A stretch of DNA of 40,021 nt from a virus (lineage: Duplodnaviria > Caudoviricetes), in IMG/VR virus record IMGVR_UViG_3300044723_001202, positions 1-40,021 of that record; one strand, written 5' to 3'. The notes under the pieces are model-generated. The model was not told where the DNA came from and did no database searches. It worked only from the letters and a program-made list of their open reading frames with translations. The translations under genes were made by a program, and so were the position numbers. This document shows positions 28,169 through 34,622 of this stretch, in pieces (the first letter of the stretch is position 1; each line of letters begins with the position of its first letter).

Positions 28169-28371
28169 CAGCTTTTACCTTTGGATTTTTTGGCGTAGTT
28201 AGGGTCTTTGCAGTACTTTGATGCGGCCATGTTTGCGTAGGCTGAAGGATACGTGTCAAAGGTACGTTTAGCCCAAGCCTTTCCTTTTGCACAGATCTTT
28301 CCACCAGACGCCATACGAGCTTGTTGCCATCGTTCTGTGTAACCACCCACGTCCTTTTTATCACCGGGCAC
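28168..28371 (-). CDS. Small basic protein (F..YPSAYAN motif), 67 aa
   Basis: GGAGG RBS, GTG start, coupled to its neighbours. Confidence 0.75.
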   Translation of the reverse strand: MPGDKKDVGGYTERWQQARMASGGKICAKGKAWAKRTFDTYPSAYANMAASKYCKDPNYAKKSKGKS

Positions 28372-28372
28372 G

Positions 28373-28744
28373 TTATCCTCCTACGGGAACGAAGAATTCT
28401 TCGACTGTACAAAAACAATCGATGTGAGGAGAAGCACCTCCTCCAGTTGCCGATGGCGTAAACGTAATTTGGTCGCCTTCTTCTAGCACGATAAAAGAAC
28501 CATCAAATTTAATAAAGTCACCTACACTAAGGTTCTTACCTGCAATGATGTTGTGAGTCACTGCTTGAGAAGCTCGATACCACTTAATTGCTATGTCCGA
28601 TGCGGCTGTACCAGTGTTTGTTATGTACAATAAACTCATATGAGATTTTGCATTAGCTGGGCAAGTGTAGAGAGTCTCGGCAACGCCATCGACCTCGGCG
28701 TCTGCGATCTCACTCTTTGTACGGCTAAACTTAGAGATGGTCAT
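28373..28744 (-). CDS. Small beta-sandwich virion protein (LYTCP motif), 123 aa
   Basis: TLYTCP, I.N, ..VLE.GD.I pattern; first gene after the internal promoter. Confidence 0.7.
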   Translation of the reverse strand: MTISKFSRTKSEIADAEVDGVAETLYTCPANAKSHMSLLYITNTGTAASDIAIKWYRASQAVTHNIIAGKNLSVGDFIKFDGSFIVLEEGDQITFTPSATGGGASPHIDCFCTVEEFFVPVGG

Positions 28745-28774
28745 ATGGGTGTACCCCGGTGGGGCCTTGGTCGG

Positions 28775-28803
28775 AGTCTATACTATGAAATTCTTTATGT
28801 CAA
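28775..28803 (-). promoter_or_regulatory. Sigma70-type promoter
   Basis: Minus strand TTGACA (28803-28798), 17-nt spacer, TAGACT (28780-28775); intergenic and just downstream of a terminator. Confidence 0.7.
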
Positions 28804-28824
28804 CACCCCGTGAGATGCTGACGT

Positions 28825-28846
28825 AAAGAAGGGGCCCGAAGGCCCC
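28825..28846 (-). terminator. Intrinsic terminator after the capsid/decoration genes (short U-tract, probably leaky)
   Basis: Minus strand GGGGCC-TTCG-GGCCCC then TTCTTT, 7 nt after the stop at 28854. Confidence 0.8.
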
Positions 28847-28853
28847 GTCTTAC

Positions 28854-29270
28854 TTAGGCAAATGCTTCGCCTGTGCGAGATGATGCGCTCAAAGGAGCCA
28901 TCACTGCAACAACACGAATTTTACCGTCGAACGCCGCTGTAGTAGCCTTCAAGATTACTGTGTTCGCCGCATCGTATGACTTACCAGCCGCAAATGCGCT
29001 AGCTCCGTCAGCCGCGTCGCCGTCAGCACTGTCAATAAAAGCAACAGCAGAAGCAGAGTCCCCGAGGTCGATTTCACCAGCACCAGTAGATGCAGTGATG
29101 ATTTCGTAGCCTACGGATGTTACTACTGTGTTCGCTGGGATCTGGAAAACATCGATGTTTTCGTCGATACCCAAGTTAGTTGTAGAAAAGTCAAGAACTG
29201 CTTCTTGAACAAAAAGTTGCGGTCCCGCTGAAATATTTACAGCGTTACCTGTTACAGCATAAGTTGCCAT
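28854..29270 (-). CDS. Capsid decoration / minor head protein, 138 aa
   Basis: Immediately after the capsid gene with a strong AAGGAG RBS; Ala-rich beta protein (IPA.T.V...G.IRV). Confidence 0.65.
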   Translation of the reverse strand: MATYAVTGNAVNISAGPQLFVQEAVLDFSTTNLGIDENIDVFQIPANTVVTSVGYEIITASTGAGEIDLGDSASAVAFIDSADGDAADGASAFAAGKSYDAANTVILKATTAAFDGKIRVVAVMAPLSASSRTGEAFA

Positions 29271-29289
29271 TATCTTATGTCTCCTTTAA

Positions 29290-30231
29290 TTATGCAGTTG
29301 CGTCAGTTAGTACGACACCCTGAACGAGAGCTTCTGGACGTAAGACCTTGCGGCCAAATACGTGAAGACCACGAACGATGTCACTGAAAGTTTCAGTTGA
29401 ACGGACAACTTCTGTCTTAGCGATGTGCGATGCAGTCGCTGTAGAAGACATGTGACCGGCAAGAACTACGTAGTCATTTGCAGTGTCCTGACCAGCAACG
29501 GTAACAACGTCTGTTCCTGTACCGTTAAGTGCAGTTGTCTTGTAGCAGTTCATGCCCGCAATGTTACCCTGCATAACGAGACCGTTACGTAGTGGTGAAG
29601 TTGCGTCGCCAGTTACCTGTACTTCTGCAAACTTAGAACCAGCTTGGAACATATTCTCCCAAAATGCTGGAGGTGCTACGAAGAAACGGTTTTCTTCTGG
29701 GATTGAGTTATCGTCCAAAGCACGAGCCATCGCGAGCATCAAGTTGACAGCGTTGTCTTGTGTTAGGTTAATCTCGATAGGAGCGGCCGCAGTACCGAAA
29801 GTAGTACCTGTGTTACCCGCACCGTCAACCATTGATTGGAGGACGTTAGCATCGTACTTACGCTTCAAGGAGAAGGCACCTGAAGAAGTAGCCAACGCTT
29901 CAAAGTTAACGTGTGACTGACGCTCTTCGATGTCGTCGATCTTGAATGCAAAAGCATTTGCTTGGTCAACAACCATTGTGATCTGGTCGTCAGCGAGGTC
30001 TTGTGGGTTTACCACAGCACCACGTGAGTATGAAGATACAGTGATTGTAGGTTCTTTGATGATGCGGACAGTGTCACCGTAGTTTTCGATTTCACCTGCA
30101 TAATCAGTGTTTGTGATATCCTCTACGACAGAGGCACGACGGAAAAACTTCAGGACTTTCTGAGAAAAGATCTCAGGAGTAAAGTTACCTGAAGGCAGGT
30201 TGTTATAACCTGATGCGCTATTAAAAGCCAT
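29290..30231 (-). CDS. Major capsid protein, 313 aa
   Basis: NF.PEIFS.K......SV...ITNTDY.GEI...GDTV.I, F.F..DDIE..Q, D.VRGLHVFGRKVLRPEAL; directly after the scaffold gene. Confidence 0.92.
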   Translation of the reverse strand: MAFNSASGYNNLPSGNFTPEIFSQKVLKFFRRASVVEDITNTDYAGEIENYGDTVRIIKEPTITVSSYSRGAVVNPQDLADDQITMVVDQANAFAFKIDDIEERQSHVNFEALATSSGAFSLKRKYDANVLQSMVDGAGNTGTTFGTAAAPIEINLTQDNAVNLMLAMARALDDNSIPEENRFFVAPPAFWENMFQAGSKFAEVQVTGDATSPLRNGLVMQGNIAGMNCYKTTALNGTGTDVVTVAGQDTANDYVVLAGHMSSTATASHIAKTEVVRSTETFSDIVRGLHVFGRKVLRPEALVQGVVLTDATA

Positions 30232-30274
30232 GTTATTACCCTTCCTTATTATGAGATAGTTAGGTTGTTAAAGT

Positions 30275-31165
30275 TTATGCTCTATAGTCAATTCGGCCTT
30301 CAGCCCGTGCGGCATCAATTTCTTTTTCAATCTTCTCGAATTCCCACGGTTTCAATCTGCCGATTTCAGATGCTTTCCAGATTTTGCCGTTACCGTTTGT
30401 TGTTTCCCCTGCTACATCTTTTGATTTAGAGGCAGATACAGACGCGGCTGGATCGTCATCTTTTGAGGACTTGCGTTTTTTAGTAGTCACACCCATGTCA
30501 GCTTTGTATAGATCAACTACTCTTGATGCCCAGACTGCGTCCGTGTTATTCTTGTAGATACCGTCTGAAATAGATTGAGGTTGCTCGTCGAGCCACATCA
30601 AAAACTTTTCATTGGTCTTCAAGTCGTTAAAGTCCGGATGCTTTGCAAGCAACTCCTTATACGCCGATTGAACTTTAAGTTTTTTCTCTTGACCTTTAAG
30701 AGAGTCCACTTCTTCTTTAAGTTCTTTTAAACGATTTTCTGCTTGCAATGAAGAAACTGTCTCGACAATGGCATAGACATCCGGGTATTTCTGCCTAAAT
30801 GCTTCCAAGTCCTCGGGGGTCTTAGGAAGTTCTGTGGAAGATAGCCCACTTTCTCTGCCTGCTTGACGAGCCTCTGCAAGTTCATTTCGTTCTTGCTTCC
30901 ACTCTTCGAGCTTTGTGTCGTAGTGACGTTTTAAATCGTCATACCGTTTCTTGTAGTCTGTGTCAGAACCTTCTCGAGATTCTGCGAAGCTTGTTTCATT
31001 CTCGGGAGTAGCCTCTTCTTCTGAGGGGTCCTGAGCTTCTACCACTTCATCGTCATCATCTTGGTAAACTTCCTCTCGATACTTACCACGATATAAGCTA
31101 TCGTCGTTAACTGTCCCAAAAGAATCGTTTGCCTTATTTGCGCGATGTCCACGTTGTTTTGCCAT
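30275..31165 (-). CDS. Capsid scaffolding protein, 296 aa
   Basis: Acidic N-terminus, YKKRYDDLKRH coiled coil, HPDF, F..W...QP, C-terminal EI..AR.EGRI. AGGAG RBS; precedes the capsid gene. Confidence 0.85.
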   Translation of the reverse strand: MAKQRGHRANKANDSFGTVNDDSLYRGKYREEVYQDDDDEVVEAQDPSEEEATPENETSFAESREGSDTDYKKRYDDLKRHYDTKLEEWKQERNELAEARQAGRESGLSSTELPKTPEDLEAFRQKYPDVYAIVETVSSLQAENRLKELKEEVDSLKGQEKKLKVQSAYKELLAKHPDFNDLKTNEKFLMWLDEQPQSISDGIYKNNTDAVWASRVVDLYKADMGVTTKKRKSSKDDDPAASVSASKSKDVAGETTNGNGKIWKASEIGRLKPWEFEKIEKEIDAARAEGRIDYRA

Positions 31166-31179
31166 TTTAGTCTCCTATC

Positions 31180-31248
31180 TCACGGGGCCTCATGGCTGAG
31201 GGTAGCCGTAGTGTGTTCACGGGGCCCACGGAATTGTGGGGTAGCCGT
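31180..31248 (-). promoter_or_regulatory. Tandem structured RNA element in the scaffold leader (2 copies)
   Basis: mRNA sense ACGG-CUAC-CCCAC-aauucc-GUGGG-CC-CCGUGA (31248-31217) and ACGG-CUAC-CCUCA-gcca-UGAGG-CC-CCGUGA (31209-31180). Confidence 0.7.
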
Positions 31249-34200
31249 TAAAATCGATAATTCAATGCGATGCGGCCGGAGCGGCCATCATCCATTGCTT
31301 CCAGAGTAACGTCACCGCTCTCTGAGAATCTGTACTGGGCACTTCCACCCATAACGCTTTCGCCATCGGGAAGTTGTGTCTTACTAATATCAACATTGAG
31401 GGGTCCAAATGTCGCGCCCATGTTGTAACGCTTCATTTTTGACCCCCCGCCAAATTCAATTGTCTCGCCGCCGTACTGTTCGGGAAGATTTACGCGGCCT
31501 TCAGTGTTCGTAGCTTGACGTTCAAAACCTGCTCGGATGGATTTATCGTCAGATAAAAACATCTGACCGTCCATCGCAAAACCAATACTCTTACCTTTCT
31601 CGTTTACGATGACGCCGTCAGGGTATTCTTGAGTGTTTGCGCGTTCGTCGTAGTTAACACGAGGGCGTACAACAAAACCATCTCCTTCGTACTCAGTACT
31701 TAGGTTTGCCTGCTTGTAAGATCCTGTTTTATTCCCGCCAGTACTTCCTTGGCCCTGTGCAGAGACGAATCCACCGGGGGCCATCCTATTTCTTTTGTAA
31801 GCTTCAACGGTTGGGCTGTATTCGCCGCTACGAAACGCCGTTCCAAGTTTTTTTATAGTTTCGGCATTTTTTGTGAATGATTCTGTAATATCCTGTACTA
31901 AACTCTGTTTTTCTTCTTTGGAGTACAGATTTTGGCTGTCGGCTACTTCTAACGCATAATCAGCGGCATTTGTAGCTAGCTTTTTGATGCCTTCATCTGT
32001 GGTGAAGTCAGGAACAAATTCTCGTCCAAATCCCCGTCTGTTAAATTGGGTATTTAGATATTCAATAGAACCAACTACTTCTTCTGTGTCGCCTTGATGA
32101 AGGGCTCGATACAAATCAAGTGAAGTAACAGCGACTTCTTCTTGCGGTTTACCCGGTTCTCCGGTAGGACGACCTAATGATCTAAACAAATCTGTAGCTT
32201 GATTTTTTAACAGTTGCAAAGTGCTCTGTTCTAAATCTCTAGGTTGCGCTACATGCCCAGATTCATGGTAAAGAAGAGGTGCACCTTTCTTTTCACCGGG
32301 AAGTGTTATTATAGCGTCCTTGTCTCCGACTCTGCCCGTCTTTAAGCCTCTTGCTGGATCAGGGTCTCTTCCCCTTTCTCCAAGCATAATAAACATGTTA
32401 TCTTCTGACCCGTATTGAACGCTCATATTGTAGGCCGCGTTTTCTAAAAGAAACCGATCTAGCTTTTGTATAGGAGCCGGGCTCTTGGCTACATAATCAT
32501 CAGTATAAAACTGAGATATGTTCATCCATTCTGCTAAGTCGTCTGTGTTTTTTCTCTGGATTTCAGCGAATCCTTCGGGGTCAGCCTCTTTTGCTTTGTT
32601 TAAAACTTGAGCCCTATTTTTTGGACCGTCTACTGTTGCGTAGGGCATTTCTTCAAATATGATACCCCCCGCTGTACCACCCGGAGCCATTGCCGCTCCT
32701 TCTGAAGGATTAGCTGGCTGTTCGTCTAGGGCTTCAGCTTCTGGGCTCTGGCCGTTTTCTTGCACACGCTTTTCAACTTCCTGCTTGCCACGGTTGTTGA
32801 TCTTATTAAGTTTGTCGTATCCAATAATTTTAGCTAACAAAGGAGGAACAACAACTTCACCTTCTGAAACAAGTAAAGATACTGCTCTCTCCCTCTCTAT
32901 TTTATTCTCATCACCTGAAATGTCAACACCTTGAGCCCTCGCTTCATAAATTGCATTAAGAATCATTTGTTTGATGTCTTCAGATCCTGCAAATTCTACA
33001 GCGGCCGCGTTGATAATAAACGTGCCCTCTTCTACTTCTAGAGGCACATCATCAGCAACTGTCTTTGCTTCAGACAAGTTTTCTGGACGGTCTCCTACAA
33101 AACCTGTAGGACCATCTCCAGATGTAGGTTCTTGCATAGCACCCTGCATCTGTTGGTCTAACGTCTCTCCGCCTACTGCTTTTTTTTGCACTACTCCGCC
33201 TTCTTTATACAACAAAGGGTAAATTCGCGGCCCTGCTAAGCCTAAAAAACTACGTAGTAAACGACTACGCGGTCTTGTGAGGGCCGCCCCAACAGGGCTG
33301 ACTGTTGCTGTCACTGTAGGACCATCCCCACCCCGAGCTCTTTCTGCATCTGCTTCAGCACGTGCATCAGCCCACATTTGCTCAATCTCTTGAGGGGTAC
33401 CGATAACGCTAGTGTCGCCAAACACGGTCGTACCTATCTGGCTAATCCTCTCCCCCATTCCGCGACCGGTAATGTCTTCAGAAAGAGCAGTGTCAACTTC
33501 TGCACCACCGGGAACGGCTGTACCCAAAAGATTTCCAAGAACATCTGTTAAGGCATAATCATCTGTGACCTTGCCCAAATAATCTTCTTGTAACCCCGCG
33601 ACAAAAGGAGTTGCGGCCGGAGAACCATAACGTGCACTAATTTGATCTGTAAAAGAACGTGCAACAGTTGCGAGTGCCCGTTCGACAACGTTTCCGGTAA
33701 TCTCTTCCCGCTTTTCAATTTCAACACTCAGCCCAAGATAGTCCGAGTAGGCTTGTGCTTCAACATCTGTCATTCGCTTTGTAGCCCGAAGCTGTTTTTC
33801 ACGCGACAAGAATGTCGACGTGTAATACTCTTCTGGAAAATCAATCGCGGCCTTAGGTCCCATTTTCGCAGGTTCCATAAGACCTTGGAACCCAACAGTA
33901 CGGTACCCAGTTTCAATCATTTCCCGTGTCATACTGTAGTCAGTGACAGGGATACCCGTATCCGTAGTGTAACTTGTGGGTAAGTTTCCACCTCCGGGAC
34001 TCGGTGAAGCTAGACCACCCGAGGAGTCTCCGTCTGACTCCGGTAGGCCCATGCCTATGACGTTACTATAGTAGTCACCCACAACATCGAACATGTCTTG
34101 TGGTTGATCGTACGAAGGTCCGGGGTACCCCCGCACTGACCATCCGGGAATGTCGTCGTCTTGAGGTGCTCCTACGTCGGTGGCGGAGTAAAAGTCTCCT

Positions 34201-34388
34201 GCTGAGTCAACTCCTGTCTGTCCGGGGTAAGAGGGGCCAGTAAAGCCCGGTTCGCCGGGATCGTCAAAAGTACCGGTGAAGAAATCGTTGGAACCATTTT
34301 CTCCACGACTACTCTCGTTTTGACGATCCGTGACATCAGCCGCTTCGTCTCGATCATACGGGTCGACGTCGTTGTTCCAATTTTCCAA
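31248..34388 (-). CDS. Modular head-region protein, 1046 aa: acidic low-complexity N-terminus, conserved (S/E)EG(E/T)-type core, HExxH peptidase module, C-terminal beta-barrel-like module
   Basis: DDVPLEVEEGTFIINAAAV and VSEGEVVVP core; YHESGH; two MAPGG motifs (codons at 32690 and 31784); C-terminal IALNYRF. Confidence 0.8.
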   Translation of the reverse strand: MENWNNDVDPYDRDEAADVTDRQNESSRGENGSNDFFTGTFDDPGEPGFTGPSYPGQTGVDSAGDFYSATDVGAPQDDDIPGWSVRGYPGPSYDQPQDMFDVVGDYYSNVIGMGLPESDGDSSGGLASPSPGGGNLPTSYTTDTGIPVTDYSMTREMIETGYRTVGFQGLMEPAKMGPKAAIDFPEEYYTSTFLSREKQLRATKRMTDVEAQAYSDYLGLSVEIEKREEITGNVVERALATVARSFTDQISARYGSPAATPFVAGLQEDYLGKVTDDYALTDVLGNLLGTAVPGGAEVDTALSEDITGRGMGERISQIGTTVFGDTSVIGTPQEIEQMWADARAEADAERARGGDGPTVTATVSPVGAALTRPRSRLLRSFLGLAGPRIYPLLYKEGGVVQKKAVGGETLDQQMQGAMQEPTSGDGPTGFVGDRPENLSEAKTVADDVPLEVEEGTFIINAAAVEFAGSEDIKQMILNAIYEARAQGVDISGDENKIERERAVSLLVSEGEVVVPPLLAKIIGYDKLNKINNRGKQEVEKRVQENGQSPEAEALDEQPANPSEGAAMAPGGTAGGIIFEEMPYATVDGPKNRAQVLNKAKEADPEGFAEIQRKNTDDLAEWMNISQFYTDDYVAKSPAPIQKLDRFLLENAAYNMSVQYGSEDNMFIMLGERGRDPDPARGLKTGRVGDKDAIITLPGEKKGAPLLYHESGHVAQPRDLEQSTLQLLKNQATDLFRSLGRPTGEPGKPQEEVAVTSLDLYRALHQGDTEEVVGSIEYLNTQFNRRGFGREFVPDFTTDEGIKKLATNAADYALEVADSQNLYSKEEKQSLVQDITESFTKNAETIKKLGTAFRSGEYSPTVEAYKRNRMAPGGFVSAQGQGSTGGNKTGSYKQANLSTEYEGDGFVVRPRVNYDERANTQEYPDGVIVNEKGKSIGFAMDGQMFLSDDKSIRAGFERQATNTEGRVNLPEQYGGETIEFGGGSKMKRYNMGATFGPLNVDISKTQLPDGESVMGGSAQYRFSESGDVTLEAMDDGRSGRIALNYRF

Positions 34389-34394
34389 TTCTTC

Positions 34395-34622
34395 TTATTT
34401 CTCCGCGTCTACCACGCTCTGGTGGTTAGATTTGAGGTTCAGGAGGAGATCCAGTAAAACCATCTTCCCCTGCAACTGGTACATTTCCCGTTCCGATTGT
34501 GCCGTCACCAACCCCCGAAGCGTCACTTGGTGGAGGTCCGTTAGGTACGCCGTCAGAGCCTCCCATGCCTGCGGGTGGTGAACCAGCGGGCTGACCCGCT
34601 GGGCCTGTTCCTTGTTGAGCAT
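34395..34622 (-). CDS. Small helical head-assembly-region protein, 75 aa, overlapping the portal 3' end
   Basis: ATG at 34622 with AAGGA upstream. W.AL..YL...E.YQLQGK..LL..LL.LK pattern typical of the gene after portal in such phages; ends 6 nt before the next start. Confidence 0.75.
   Translation of the reverse strand: MLNKEQAQRVSPLVHHPQAWEALTAYLTDLHQVTLRGLVTAQSEREMYQLQGKMVLLDLLLNLKSNHQSVVDAEK

Noticed and set aside
28161-28418. 85-aa minus ORF overlapping the 67-aa gene
   Set aside because: The 67-aa frame has the RBS, coupling to its neighbours and the recognisable YPSAYAN motif.
31180-31248. Possible mini-CRISPR (two direct repeats with a spacer)
   Set aside because: Only 7 nt separate the copies, the variation is inside the unit, and there are no cas genes. 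It fits a structured RNA better.
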